42,530 nucleotides of DNA from a virus (taxonomy: Duplodnaviria; Caudoviricetes). The notes below the pieces were generated by a model, which saw only the letters and a list, made by a program, of their open reading frames with translations, was not told the origin of the DNA and did not search any database. Numbering within the stretch: the stretch's first letter is position 1; each line of letters starts with the position of its first letter. Both the position numbers and the translations under genes were made by a program. The stretch is from positions 1 to 42,530 of IMG/VR virus record IMGVR_UViG_3300048865_000013, one strand, 5' to 3'. Below are positions 17,551 through 26,890 of this stretch, one piece after another.

Positions 17551-17864
17551 GGCTGATCCCCCGGCCGCATCCCGGCGACCTCGAGAACCGCAGAAAACAG
17601 CGCTCCAGCCGCGGCCGGCTTGAGCGTGGCCGCCCGCTCAACCGTGATCGCTGGCCGCCCGTCGGGCTCGCAGAGGCTCACTGCGATCAGCCGATGCACG
17701 CTCTCGGCACGCTCCTGTTGGTCATTGGACCGCTCTGCCAGAAGGTAGCGGCGGAAGTCGGCGGCCGGCACCTCCTTGAAATGAAGAACGTGCTTTGATC
17801 CGTCGGGCAGCGTGACTTCCTTCTGATGGATGGTTTGGCTGACGAAGAATGCTTCGCTGAGCAT
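17538..17864 (-). CDS. Tail assembly chaperone (gpG)
   Basis: Between tail tube and tape measure genes; ends ...PGNA at the slippery site. Confidence 0.85.
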   Translation of the reverse strand: MLSEAFFVSQTIHQKEVTLPDGSKHVLHFKEVPAADFRRYLLAERSNDQQERAESVHRLIAVSLCEPDGRPAITVERAATLKPAAAGALFSAVLEVAGMRPGDQPGNA

Positions 17865-17873
17865 CGGTTCCCC

Positions 17874-18344
17874 TTACGCCGTCAGCAGGTCGAACGACAC
17901 CGGCCCAGAGCGCTGGAGCGTGATCGTGCCCTTCCAGATGTCGTTGGTTGCGATGTCGATGTTGATGTCCGCCACGTAGCCGGAGAAGATCGCGGACACG
18001 CGGTCCACGACGGGCTGCATGACGCCACCCACGGCCGTCGGAGCCGTTGCGGCGTCGGAACTGTAGATGCCCCACGACACGGTCTCGCCAGACGCTTTCA
18101 GTGCCAGCAACTGTTCGTGCGCAAGTTCGCCCTTGTGGATGTTGAAGCCGACAGTCACCTGGCCGGGATTGCCGAGGCCCTTCACGTAGGTTCGGTCCTC
18201 GGTGTCGTCCAGGCAGGTCGTGTCCACTTGATCAGCAGCACCACCCAAGCCGGAGATCGAGGTTGCGCACACCACTCGCGTGACAGCGGTGGGACCGCTC
18301 GCCCAGTACAGTTCAGTTCCCTGCGACTTAATCACATCGGCCAT
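17874..18344 (-). CDS. Major tail tube protein
   Basis: SQGTELY, ISGLGG..DQVDTTCL......YVKGL.NPG. Confidence 0.88.
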   Translation of the reverse strand: MADVIKSQGTELYWASGPTAVTRVVCATSISGLGGAADQVDTTCLDDTEDRTYVKGLGNPGQVTVGFNIHKGELAHEQLLALKASGETVSWGIYSSDAATAPTAVGGVMQPVVDRVSAIFSGYVADINIDIATNDIWKGTITLQRSGPVSFDLLTA

Positions 18345-18359
18345 TTCCGTTCACCCATA

Positions 18360-18383
18360 AAAAAAGCCGCCCGAAGGCGGCTG
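18360..18383 (-). terminator. Intrinsic terminator upstream of the tail tube gene
   Basis: AGCCGCC/GGCGGCT stem plus T-tract on the minus strand. Confidence 0.6.
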
Positions 18384-18402
18384 TTGATGGTTTGTCTACT
18401 GC

Positions 18403-18765
18403 CTATCGATTGGCCCACCAATCGAATGCCATGCTCAGTCGATAGCGCTGCGTTGCCGCGTCACGCTCGTTTGCCACGTAGGCGACAAGATGTGCGGCCG
18501 GCTCGATGGCGGCCCTTACCGCATTCGCCAAGCTCTCTACGCCAAGGTCCGTATCTGCCCAGCAGTCCACCTGGACGCGGAACAGATCTGCGCATGCCCC
18601 ATCGAATGCGTTCTCCGCAGCGCCGCCGGCAATCGACCAGGTCACGTAAGGAACGACCACACCCTGCGGCGCGCTCCCATGTCGATAAGCTCTGGTCGGG
18701 TTGGTGCCAATGAGCGCTCTCACGGACGGCGAGCCGGCCAGCAGCGGAAAGACCTTAGGCAGCAT
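18403..18765 (-). CDS. Tail terminator/completion protein (DUF3168-like)
   Basis: APQGV..PYVTW, RVQVDCWA; position in the neck module. Confidence 0.82.
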   Translation of the reverse strand: MLPKVFPLLAGSPSVRALIGTNPTRAYRHGSAPQGVVVPYVTWSIAGGAAENAFDGACADLFRVQVDCWADTDLGVESLANAVRAAIEPAAHLVAYVANERDAATQRYRLSMAFDWWANR

Positions 18766-19262
18766 CACCGTCCCTTGTCCATCTTTCGAATCACGCGTTG
18801 TATGGCGACGTTGATCTCGGTGACCACGGTGTTGAGCGCCCTGTCCCTGCTTGCCATGTACCCCGGCACCGCCCAAGGCATAGGCGCCCGGCGCTCCGTT
18901 CCGATTTCGAGCATCCGCCCCACCCCGTAGGCAGTGACGTTCTTGCCGAACGTGGCTGGATAGGTAGCGCTCTTGATCCGGACTCGATATGCCTCGTTGG
19001 CCCCAAGTTGCTGCGGTCGCGGATTTCTGGTTGCGATGATCGACTTCTGCAGCAAGCCCGTCGACTCTGTCGGGACCTCGTCCTTGTTTGGAGTGTCGAT
19101 GATGCGTTGGACCTGCGCCTTCCACTCGTCCCGAACGATGTTCGCGCCTTTTCGCAAGCCCGATTTCACGGGTCCGCCTCGCTTGGATACGATCTCAGGC
19201 GGCAAGCTCTGCAGCTTCCTCAGAACATCGTCAAGTCCGCGCAGCGTAGCGGTATCAGCCAT
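18765..19262 (-). CDS. HK97 gp10-like tail component
   Basis: GLD..L.KL..L, TGLL.KSI, LEIGT......PW. Confidence 0.82.
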   Translation of the reverse strand: MADTATLRGLDDVLRKLQSLPPEIVSKRGGPVKSGLRKGANIVRDEWKAQVQRIIDTPNKDEVPTESTGLLQKSIIATRNPRPQQLGANEAYRVRIKSATYPATFGKNVTAYGVGRMLEIGTERRAPMPWAVPGYMASRDRALNTVVTEINVAIQRVIRKMDKGR

Positions 19263-19618
19263 CAGGCACCCTCGCTCGGTCCGTCGACACAGCGCAGCCG
19301 CCATTCTCGGCGCCCGGTCACGTCAGTCTCGATCGACTGGATGTCGTACGCCCGCCCATCCCACAGGACCCGCCAGTCCTGGTCGAGCCCAGGGAACCAG
19401 CGGAGATTGATGCGGGCAGTCGTGTCTGCATTCTTGGTGGCAGCCGAGACGAACTCCTTGCCGGGGCCGGTCAGAACCTCAGCAGGCACGTCGACCAGAG
19501 GAACGCCCGACGGAAGCGCCGCGTCCTGCCACGACACAATGTCGGCGCCAGTCTCCGGATCCTGCGCATGGACCTGCCTCTGGAACGTAACGCGGTGCCG
19601 AAGCCGATATACCAACAC
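19262..19618 (-). CDS. Head closure / head-tail adaptor (SPP1 gp16-like)
   Basis: LRHRVTFQ, G.E, RI..R......WRV..DGR.YDI. Confidence 0.87.
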   Translation of the reverse strand: MLVYRLRHRVTFQRQVHAQDPETGADIVSWQDAALPSGVPLVDVPAEVLTGPGKEFVSAATKNADTTARINLRWFPGLDQDWRVLWDGRAYDIQSIETDVTGRREWRLRCVDGPSEGA

Positions 19619-19619
19619 G

Positions 19620-19946
19620 TCAGACCCCCATGCTGCATCGATACGGAAACAGCTTCACCTCCGCAGCGCGGCGCAAGCGCTCCGCCGCGTCAGGGTCTGC
19701 CTGGTAGGCGGCCTGCAATAGAAACAGCACCCCCACGCGGACGCTGGCCGGCATCACGTCCGGATCCGCCGGCGGCCCTTCCTCACCGCCGACAGTGAGC
19801 GGACATGCGCCGCTGAATGTCTTGCGGTTCATGAAGTCGAGCGCTTCCTGCTCGGCGCCGTCCAGCAGCATCTGCAACTTGGCGTCGTCAGCGTCGTGGA
19901 TGACGTCCAGGAAGGTTTTGGCCTCCGACAATGGAATCAGGCTCAC
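19620..19946 (-). CDS. Head-tail connector (HK97 gp6-like)
   Basis: L.EAK.FL.V..D.DD..L, PASV..GVL, L.PYR. Confidence 0.88.
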   Translation of the reverse strand: MSLIPLSEAKTFLDVIHDADDAKLQMLLDGAEQEALDFMNRKTFSGACPLTVGGEEGPPADPDVMPASVRVGVLFLLQAAYQADPDAAERLRRAAEVKLFPYRCSMGV

Positions 19947-20161
19947 TCGTCGCCACCCGAAGCGCGACGGCCGCGGCTCGACTTGTTCGCCGGCTCGCTC
20001 GCCATCTTGTTCTGATGGGTGTCGGCGACCTTCTCCTCCTCAGCCGCGCCAATAGCCGTCGCCAGTCCCTTGGCAATAACGCCTTCGGCATAGGTCTTGG
20101 GAAGGTCGGCTTCCTGTCCCTTCTGCAAGCTGTCAAAATGTGTCAGTGCTCGCACCTTCAT
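19943..20161 (-). CDS. Small head-associated hypothetical protein
   Basis: 72 aa after the capsid gene, GGAG RBS, NKM..EP.NK motif. Confidence 0.7.
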   Translation of the reverse strand: MKVRALTHFDSLQKGQEADLPKTYAEGVIAKGLATAIGAAEEEKVADTHQNKMASEPANKSSRGRRASGGDE

Positions 20162-20224
20162 CTGAATCTCCCAGTATGAGCAGGGGCCGCCGACATGGCG
20201 GCCCCATCCTCGTTCGCAGCCGAA

Positions 20225-21448
20225 TTACGGCGTCACCGCGCCGAGCGGCCCCTTGACCAAAGCCTCGGGCCGGTAGATCGCCAGTGCCAGGCGCTCTTCG
20301 ACCCGGATCGTCGCCATGTTCCGGACGAAGTTGTCCTTGTTCTCGAAAGAGATCGCCACGTTTGCGTCGTCACGGTCGAGGATCTGGGCATGAGCAGCGA
20401 AGTCACCGACCAGAGCATTGCCCTGGACGATCGCTTGCGTCGACACCACATCCCGTCCCCAAACCCGCCCCGTGGTGGTTGCTTGGGGGTTCGTGAACAG
20501 GTAACCCTGTTGGCCGTCCTTCAGCAGTTCGATATTTGCCCAGTCCGTCGGATGGAGGACGATGCCGGTAGCGAACGCATTGGCCAGCTCGACCTGCAGC
20601 ATCATCAGGCGCAGACGATCGATGGCCTGCTCGTTCGTCACGGTCGCTCCGGCCGGCTGGGCGTATGCAGTCGCCGCGGTATAGAGACCTTCGAGGTTTC
20701 CACTGACGCCAGAGCCGTTCAGCAGCTGATTTTCTTCCACCAGCTTCAGCTGATACAGCATCCGGCCTTCGATGTAGCTGCGAATGTACGGAACGTCATC
20801 CAGCATCTGCAGCGAGATGTCCGTCCAGTGCGCGATGGTCGAGACGGTCTGCGTGATGGTCTCGATCGTGATGTTGAACTCAGGCTTCAGCGCGCCTTCC
20901 GCCACGATCTCCGGGCCGCCGGTAAATCCGGTCTCGCGCGGGTAGAAGATCACAGGCTTGTCGGTGCGGCCAGGCATCAGCAGATCGCGGACGGTGAGTC
21001 GACGAACCAGCGGCCCGACCATCGGCATCTCGCGGCCGGGGAAGTTCAGCGCTTGACCGCTCGCCGACGAGCCCAGCAGAGCCTTGCGGCTCATCTCGAT
21101 ATTGATCGCCTTGCCCTGAACCGGGCGCTGAACGAGAGCCTTGGCTTCCTGGTTCTCAGCGAAGAACTTCTCCAGCACCTCGCCCAGAGTCTCGCCGGAG
21201 CCCGCGCCGACCCCCTTCAGTCCCTTGGCGACGGCCTGCTCCAGCTCATGCATGCGCTGGCCAATGTCGCCCTGCTTCGTAAGGGCTTCATCAACCTTGG
21301 CCTTCAGCTCCGTGGCGACGGTTTCGCCATTCTTGGATTGGCGCAGAACTTCCTGGCCCAGTTCCTTCACCTCTTTGGTGGCCGTGGCGAACTCTTTCGC
21401 CAACGTTGCCAGATCGTCTTGATGTTGTTCGCTCATGGATTTCCTCAC
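20225..21448 (-). CDS. Major capsid protein, HK97 family
   Basis: Coiled-coil delta domain, LTVRDL, AEG.LKP, TIAHW, QLLNG.G, F.RNM.TIR.EERLAL. Confidence 0.95.
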   Translation of the reverse strand: MRKSMSEQHQDDLATLAKEFATATKEVKELGQEVLRQSKNGETVATELKAKVDEALTKQGDIGQRMHELEQAVAKGLKGVGAGSGETLGEVLEKFFAENQEAKALVQRPVQGKAINIEMSRKALLGSSASGQALNFPGREMPMVGPLVRRLTVRDLLMPGRTDKPVIFYPRETGFTGGPEIVAEGALKPEFNITIETITQTVSTIAHWTDISLQMLDDVPYIRSYIEGRMLYQLKLVEENQLLNGSGVSGNLEGLYTAATAYAQPAGATVTNEQAIDRLRLMMLQVELANAFATGIVLHPTDWANIELLKDGQQGYLFTNPQATTTGRVWGRDVVSTQAIVQGNALVGDFAAHAQILDRDDANVAISFENKDNFVRNMATIRVEERLALAIYRPEALVKGPLGAVTP

Positions 21449-22122
21449 AGATTGAGCCGTAGAGTTGCAAGCGCTACGCTTGCCGCCTTCTTCGCCTTAG
21501 CGTCGCCGGACTCACTCCGGAGCAACTTCGTCAGACCGTGGTTGGCGATCGCCACGGCCTGCGTTTTCGAAAAGCCGGCCTCACGCAGGAACTTTTCGAA
21601 CTGCTGAATGGTGGGCATGTCCCCGGCTTCCAGGGCCGACTTGACCGCATCTACTCTCGCCAGATCGTTCATCGGAAACGTCACGAGGCTGATCTCCTTG
21701 AGGTCGAGCTCGTGAAGGATGGTGATCCCGCTCTTGTGGTCATACGTCTCGTTCTTGACGACGTATCCGATGGACAATCCTGTCACCGCCCGTGTCTTCA
21801 TACCGCGGTGGGCGACCTTGGCAGTTGGAGCTACATCGACCCAGAGTTGTCCATCGCCTTTCAGGCCGTGGTCGTCTTCTATCAAGCTCGCCCAGTCGCC
21901 GATCGGCTCATCCGTCTTGTGTTGCCACAGCACAGGTAGAACCCGGTCTTCGCTCTTGAGACGCTCCAGGCTGGCGGAGAAGGCGCCCTTTTCGACGATG
22001 TCTCCGCCACCATCAACGTTGCCGAAGACCGACCCGTATCCGGAGAAGGTCCCATCGTCCGTTACAGAGTCAGTCTTGAAGACGAACTGCTTTCGCTGGA
22101 GCGCTGCGGTTCCGTGTTTCAT
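21445..22122 (-). CDS. HK97-family prohead protease
   Basis: FSGYGSVFGN.D, LWQH, GLSIGY, EISLVTFPMN. Confidence 0.95.
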   Translation of the reverse strand: MKHGTAALQRKQFVFKTDSVTDDGTFSGYGSVFGNVDGGGDIVEKGAFSASLERLKSEDRVLPVLWQHKTDEPIGDWASLIEDDHGLKGDGQLWVDVAPTAKVAHRGMKTRAVTGLSIGYVVKNETYDHKSGITILHELDLKEISLVTFPMNDLARVDAVKSALEAGDMPTIQQFEKFLREAGFSKTQAVAIANHGLTKLLRSESGDAKAKKAASVALATLRLNL

Positions 22123-23648
22123 TGCTGTCCTTCCTGTGGCGCCGGATTGAAGTCGCGCAGCGGCGCGATGATGGCGGTGATCTCGCTCTGTCCCAGCAGC
22201 GGGAATGCTGCCGCTATGGTGGCCTCTACCGTTTCAAGCGGGATCTGCTGCATTGCCGCCGCTTGCAGCAACTGCTGAAGGGCGGCAACTTGCGCGCCGT
22301 TGAGCGCCGTGTCCTGAACCCCAACATCGGGCACGGACACCAAGTCCTCTTCATTGCCTTGGCCTGCACCGCCCTGTCCCGTCGTCCCGATCCCGTCGAG
22401 GGGCGACAGCGCAGTTTGCACGGTCAAGACCTCTGCGTTTCCGCCCATCGCTGGCAGGTTCTCCAAGCGGCGGACCTCGTCTCGAGTCATCAGGCCGTTG
22501 TTCACCATGGTCGAGTAATAGGAAGCTCGAGCGGATGTGTCGCCGCGCAGCAAGCCCGACACGTTGAACTCACCGAAGTAGCGACGCTTCTCCTCCGGAC
22601 CAAGGAGGTTCTTCCGTACCGATTGCTCAATCTTGCGCAACCAAGGCGTCAGCGAGTACGTCAGGAATCCGATGTTTTGCTGCTCAAGACCGGTGCCCCA
22701 GTTCGACGTCTTGTCACCGTGCCCGATGAGGGTCGGAGGAACACCGAACCAACGGCAAATCTCCTCAACGTTGAATGACCGGGTCTCCAGCATCTGTGCG
22801 TCTTCGGGATTCATGGAGAGCGGCTTGTAATCCATGCCGCCCTCCAGAATGAAGCTTTTTCTGGAGTTGGCCGCCGAGTATGCAAACTCATCCAGATGCG
22901 CCCGCATCTTGTCGCGTTGCTCTGGAGTCAGCCACATCTTGTCTGGCGTGGTGACAAACCCAGATGCGGACATGCCATTGCTGAACAATGCCTGGCTCGC
23001 CTCGTCTGCCGCGATCGCGCCTCCGAAGACCCGCGCCCCATAGCACACCGGCGAGATCCCGTCCTTGCCATCCAGCGTGAAGGCAGGCAGCTTCCAAATC
23101 CGATCCTCAGGGATCTCGCGCTGCTGGCTTGTGTCGGGATCTACGTACCGGTAGGTCGTCCGACCGTTCTTCGTGACCTTCGTCACGTTCGGCACGTACA
23201 GCGGGTCAAGGGCTACAAGCCTCCCACCGATGACGTCCTTCTCCGCGTAACCGACGCCGCGCAGCAGCATCCAAGCGACCATCACCTGCCAAAAGTCAAC
23301 TGCCGTCATATCGGCGTTTGGCTGGTTGTGCAGCAGCTCATACAGGATGTGGTCTGGCGTCGCCTCGCGTCCGCCGTCCGGTAGGCGCCGATACATGCCG
23401 AATGGAAGCGTCGCAATGGTGTTCGACAGAAGGCGGACGCAGGCCATGACGGCTGACAACTGCAGGATCGCTTGCGCGCTTAATGGCTTACCGGTTGCGG
23501 ACACCAGCACCCATGGCGCGTTCCAAGCGAAGCCGTCTCCTGCGTCATCGGGGACGCCCCCCACGCGACCGTACATGAGCTTTGTGCTCACTTCGCCTGC
23601 AGGCTTCCTGCGCCCACGCAGCACGGATACGATGGTCTTTAGATTCAC
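22119..23648 (-). CDS. Portal protein, HK97 family, with C-terminal extension
   Basis: AV.ACV..L...IA.LP, EDAQMLE.R.F.VEEICR.FGVPP, LLRGD, EVR.LENLP. Confidence 0.95.
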   Translation of the reverse strand: MNLKTIVSVLRGRRKPAGEVSTKLMYGRVGGVPDDAGDGFAWNAPWVLVSATGKPLSAQAILQLSAVMACVRLLSNTIATLPFGMYRRLPDGGREATPDHILYELLHNQPNADMTAVDFWQVMVAWMLLRGVGYAEKDVIGGRLVALDPLYVPNVTKVTKNGRTTYRYVDPDTSQQREIPEDRIWKLPAFTLDGKDGISPVCYGARVFGGAIAADEASQALFSNGMSASGFVTTPDKMWLTPEQRDKMRAHLDEFAYSAANSRKSFILEGGMDYKPLSMNPEDAQMLETRSFNVEEICRWFGVPPTLIGHGDKTSNWGTGLEQQNIGFLTYSLTPWLRKIEQSVRKNLLGPEEKRRYFGEFNVSGLLRGDTSARASYYSTMVNNGLMTRDEVRRLENLPAMGGNAEVLTVQTALSPLDGIGTTGQGGAGQGNEEDLVSVPDVGVQDTALNGAQVAALQQLLQAAAMQQIPLETVEATIAAAFPLLGQSEITAIIAPLRDFNPAPQEGQQ

Positions 23649-23680
23649 GGGTTGCCTTCTCGGGTTGGCGACGGAGGCGG

Positions 23681-25402
23681 TTACGCGACGACAGGGTTAT
23701 CAAAGAACCCGTTCATGTCGCCGACCTGCTCCATTTCACCTGCACTAACGCCAACGGCCATCAGCAACGCCGCCATGTCGTCGATCTTGTCGGCTGACCG
23801 CTTCTTGTCGGGCGCCATGTTCAGGTTTTGATCACGCCGCGCGACGATGTTCGACGCGCACCAACCAAGCAGTGGGTCGCCACCGTGCGCCAGCTTCCCA
23901 GCGATGTAGGCTCGCTCGAGCGCCTGCATCGCTGGGTGGTAGGACTTCGGCCCCTGGATGAACTCGATCATCGGGACGTTTTCGGCGACCAGCTGGTTGA
24001 CCAGCTGGGAGGCGTTCCACGGGTCGTACGCGATCTGCTGCACGTTGAATCGCCCGACGGCTTCCAGCACGTCCTCGCGTATCACGTCGTAGTCGGTGAC
24101 GTCACCGGGCGTTTGCTTCAGCAGCCCGGATTCCACCCATGCGGCATACGGCACCGTCCCGCGCTCGGTTCTGGACGCCACCGCGCTCTCCGGGGTCCAT
24201 CGCCACCCGTGGGTGTAGATGACGCCGTCCACGTTCCACACCAGTCGGAATGAGGCGATGTCGGTGGTGCTGGCCAGGTCGAGGCCACCCCAGCAGGGGA
24301 AGTTCGCCAGCCAGTCCAGATCAACCGGGGCGCCGCACGCCTGCCACTTCGTCAGGTCGACCCAGCCCTCTGCGGTCGACGCCGGCCGGTTCAATCGCTT
24401 GATGCGGAACTCGGCCAACTTCGACGGCATCTGCTTCGCCTCGACCGCCTCCTTGCGGATCGCCCGCATGAGGTGCGGGTTGACATCGAGCAGCGGATTC
24501 GCCTTGATCCAGACCGACTCGTCGAACTCGTCGTCGGCGCGAATCCCGGCCGTCTTGTCCTCGTCATCCACTGCGTAGAAGACGACCAGGAAGTGGTCGG
24601 CGGTATGGCCGAACACACCTGACAGCAGCCGCTTCGCGAACTGCCTGATCTCAGCCCAAGGCCCTGGGTTCGTATAGCCCTCGGTGGTCGTGTACAGCCA
24701 GAGCGGGTTGCTTCGCGCGCCGGCGGCGGACGTCAGCACGTTGAGAAGGTCCGCCGTCTTGTGTGCGTGGATTTCGTCCAGGCCGACATGCGACGGGTTA
24801 AGGCCGTCCTGCGTGCTCGCCTTGGCGTGGATGGGCTTGAACGATCCGCCGGTTTCGAGCCGGCTGATCGCCTTCGCCCACACCTGCAGGCCGAACGCAC
24901 CGCGCAGGTCGGACGTCCTCTCCGTCATGGCCTTGGCCACGTTGAAGATGATCGACGCCTGCGGGAAGGTCGTCGCCGCACTGATGACCTGGGCGCCAGG
25001 CTCGTTCTCGCAGCACAGGCAGTACAGCAGAATGCCAGCCGACAGCGTTGACTTCGCGTTCTTGCGGGCCACCGCGAACAGCGCCGAGGTGAACCGACGC
25101 CCGCCACCTTCACGGCTCCGGAATCCAAACAGCTGGACGACGAAGAAGATATGCGAGGGGTGGAGGACGATCTCAGGCGTTTCCCACTTGCCCTCGACGT
25201 GCGGCAGCTTCTCGATGAAGTCACAGGCGTCGCACGCGTGCCACTCGTCAAACACGAACGGGCAGCCGCGCTTCTTTGCCCTCTTCAAATCATCCAGGAA
25301 CCGCTGCGCGGCCTGGCGAATCAGCTTGCCGAACTTCTTCCGCTTCTTGTCTGCGACGGCTTCCTTGGCGTACGCGATCGCGATGCCAACGTAGTCACGC
25401 AT
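23681..25402 (-). CDS. Terminase large subunit
   Basis: Walker A ARKNAKST, DGLNP, Walker B GLDEIH, GLDLA, YDPWNA, KIDD. Confidence 0.95.
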   Translation of the reverse strand: MRDYVGIAIAYAKEAVADKKRKKFGKLIRQAAQRFLDDLKRAKKRGCPFVFDEWHACDACDFIEKLPHVEGKWETPEIVLHPSHIFFVVQLFGFRSREGGGRRFTSALFAVARKNAKSTLSAGILLYCLCCENEPGAQVISAATTFPQASIIFNVAKAMTERTSDLRGAFGLQVWAKAISRLETGGSFKPIHAKASTQDGLNPSHVGLDEIHAHKTADLLNVLTSAAGARSNPLWLYTTTEGYTNPGPWAEIRQFAKRLLSGVFGHTADHFLVVFYAVDDEDKTAGIRADDEFDESVWIKANPLLDVNPHLMRAIRKEAVEAKQMPSKLAEFRIKRLNRPASTAEGWVDLTKWQACGAPVDLDWLANFPCWGGLDLASTTDIASFRLVWNVDGVIYTHGWRWTPESAVASRTERGTVPYAAWVESGLLKQTPGDVTDYDVIREDVLEAVGRFNVQQIAYDPWNASQLVNQLVAENVPMIEFIQGPKSYHPAMQALERAYIAGKLAHGGDPLLGWCASNIVARRDQNLNMAPDKKRSADKIDDMAALLMAVGVSAGEMEQVGDMNGFFDNPVVA

Positions 25403-25420
25403 TGATGCTCCCGGCGCGCG

Positions 25421-25837
25421 TCAACCGGTAGCGCGCTTCCCGTTCGTGGCAAATTTGTTTCCGGCCGGCACATCGCCGGTCGCCTTCACCTTGCCTTGCG
25501 CCACCGGCGTCAGGCCAAAGTCGTTCTGCAGGTTCCGCAGCGTGCCGCTCATGCTTGCTGTCGGCGCCTCGCCGGCGGCGTAGAGCTGGACGATCTTTCC
25601 GTGTAGCGCGCACAGGTGAGCGAGCGGGCCGAGCGCGGCCTCCGTCAGAAGCTTGTTGGCCATGAGGATCGGCACCAGCCGATTCCATTCCTTGACGGCG
25701 TGCGAGTTGGGCAGCCAGTCAGGAGGGTCCGGCGGCGCGTCGACGAGTGGAAGCTCCACCCCGCCTTCGGGCTCGCGGTCCGGACGAGCCGTGCCCGCGA
25801 TCGCCTTGAGCGTCGTCGGTTTGCGTGGGTTCGCCAT
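25421..25837 (-). CDS. Terminase small subunit (P27-like)
   Basis: RKPT.LK..., PPDWL...A..EW, FGLTP. Confidence 0.88.
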   Translation of the reverse strand: MANPRKPTTLKAIAGTARPDREPEGGVELPLVDAPPDPPDWLPNSHAVKEWNRLVPILMANKLLTEAALGPLAHLCALHGKIVQLYAAGEAPTASMSGTLRNLQNDFGLTPVAQGKVKATGDVPAGNKFATNGKRATG

Positions 25838-25879
25838 GTTCGGATGCGTGCCAAAAAACGGTTTTTCTCAACTGACGGC

Positions 25880-25970
25880 GTGAAAAAAAGGCTGGCGCCC
25901 GTGCCGACGGGCCCTGGGGCGCGGACTTTCGACCCACCCCCTCCCGCGATGTTGCGTTTTCGCAACATCG
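25880..25970. other. Probable cos/packaging region with a perfect 10-bp inverted repeat (25947-25970)
   Basis: Intergenic between HNH and terS, the usual cos position in HK97-like phages; CGATGTTGCG-TTTT-CGCAACATCG. Confidence 0.45.
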
Positions 25971-26047
25971 ACCAGAAATCCGTCCGGCCGCCCCATTTCA
26001 GTGCATCCCGCTGGACGAGATGTGTCTGATGCGCCACGCCGGCGCCA

Positions 26048-26380
26048 TCATCGACCGCGATTGCCAAAGCCCCCGTCCTGCCGGTTCGTCTTGCTGCTGT
26101 GGCACGACACGCAGAGCGTTTGCCAGTTGCTGCCATCCTGGGGGTTATTAGTGCTGTCCCCGTCGATGTGGTCGACGTGGGCCTCACGCTTCCCTGCCAC
26201 GAGCCTTCCGCATGCCTGGCAACGGAACAGGTCCCTTGCAAGAACCCACTCACGGATCTCGCGCCAGGCCTTGCTGCCTGTGTGCAGCGCCCGTGATCCC
26301 TGCCTTTGGTACTGCGTCTGGGCGTGTGTAGGGGTCGAAGGCTTCGACGGCTTGTAGGTCGCTGGCCGAGTCGGCATCAC
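26048..26380 (-). CDS. Terminase-associated HNH endonuclease (HK97 gp74-like)
   Basis: RD..RCQ.C, VDHI, N.Q.LC..CHS.KT. Confidence 0.9.
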   Translation of the reverse strand: MMPTRPATYKPSKPSTPTHAQTQYQRQGSRALHTGSKAWREIREWVLARDLFRCQACGRLVAGKREAHVDHIDGDSTNNPQDGSNWQTLCVSCHSSKTNRQDGGFGNRGR

Positions 26381-26538
26381 CCATCAAGGCCGCGGTAGCT
26401 CGGCATCGCCTCGCCGCTACCGTCCGCCATCGATGTCGCGAGTAGCGCGATCGCCTGAGCCAGCTCGCCGAGCGTCGCCACCAGTCGCGACTGTCCCTCG
26501 ATCAGTTTGACCAAGAGGGCCTGCTGCTCATCACTCAT
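26377..26538 (-). CDS. Small hypothetical late protein (MSDEQQALLVKLIEGQ...)
   Basis: C-terminal 53 aa of ORF 26377..26688; coupled to the HNH gene. Confidence 0.55.
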   Translation of the reverse strand: MSDEQQALLVKLIEGQSRLVATLGELAQAIALLATSMADGSGEAMPSYRGLDG

Positions 26539-26612
26539 CGCCTGCTCGCATAAAGGAAAAGCCCGACCACATGGCCGGGCAAACCCGGGCGAAGCCGGGC
26601 GGGAGGAGACAC

Positions 26613-26687
26613 TGGTTGCGGCAGATGGAATCGAACCAACGACCTCCGGGGTATGAACCCGGCGCGCTTCCACTGCGCTATGCCGCA
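26613..26687 (-). tRNA. tRNA-Met(CAT), initiator-like, with encoded CCA
   Basis: Folds into a 75-nt cloverleaf: acceptor TGCGGCA/TGCCGCA, D stem GCGC/GCGC, anticodon stem CCGGG/CCCGG with loop TTCATAC, T loop TTCGATT. Confidence 0.88.
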
Positions 26688-26693
26688 AAGGTG

Positions 26694-26799
26694 TGAGGGG
26701 CCGGTGCTGCGTTCTTTCCGGCTTCCGATTTGGTGTCAGCTTGGTTTTTGGCCCATCACGGACGGCCAGCCCGCGCGCATCAGCCTGCGTATTCCCTCA
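26694..26799 (-). ncRNA. Candidate structured RNA immediately 5' of the tRNA
   Basis: Closing stem TGAGGG/CCCTCA, hairpins CGCA-GGCTGA-TGCG and GCCGG-...GCAGCA-CCGGC with complementary loops. Confidence 0.45.
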
Positions 26800-26890
26800 G
26801 CCAGACCGCCTACCTGCTTTTCGTCATGGCACGGGGAAGAGCCTGACGGCAAGCGGTCTGGATGAGGGCCATCGCCGAATGCCAGAAACG

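Noticed and set aside
20195-21607. 470-aa plus-strand ORF
   Set aside because: Antisense shadow of the major capsid gene.
26539-26688. N-terminal half of ORF 26377..26688
   Set aside because: Coincides with the tRNA gene and a terminator-like hairpin; only the last 53 codons look coding.
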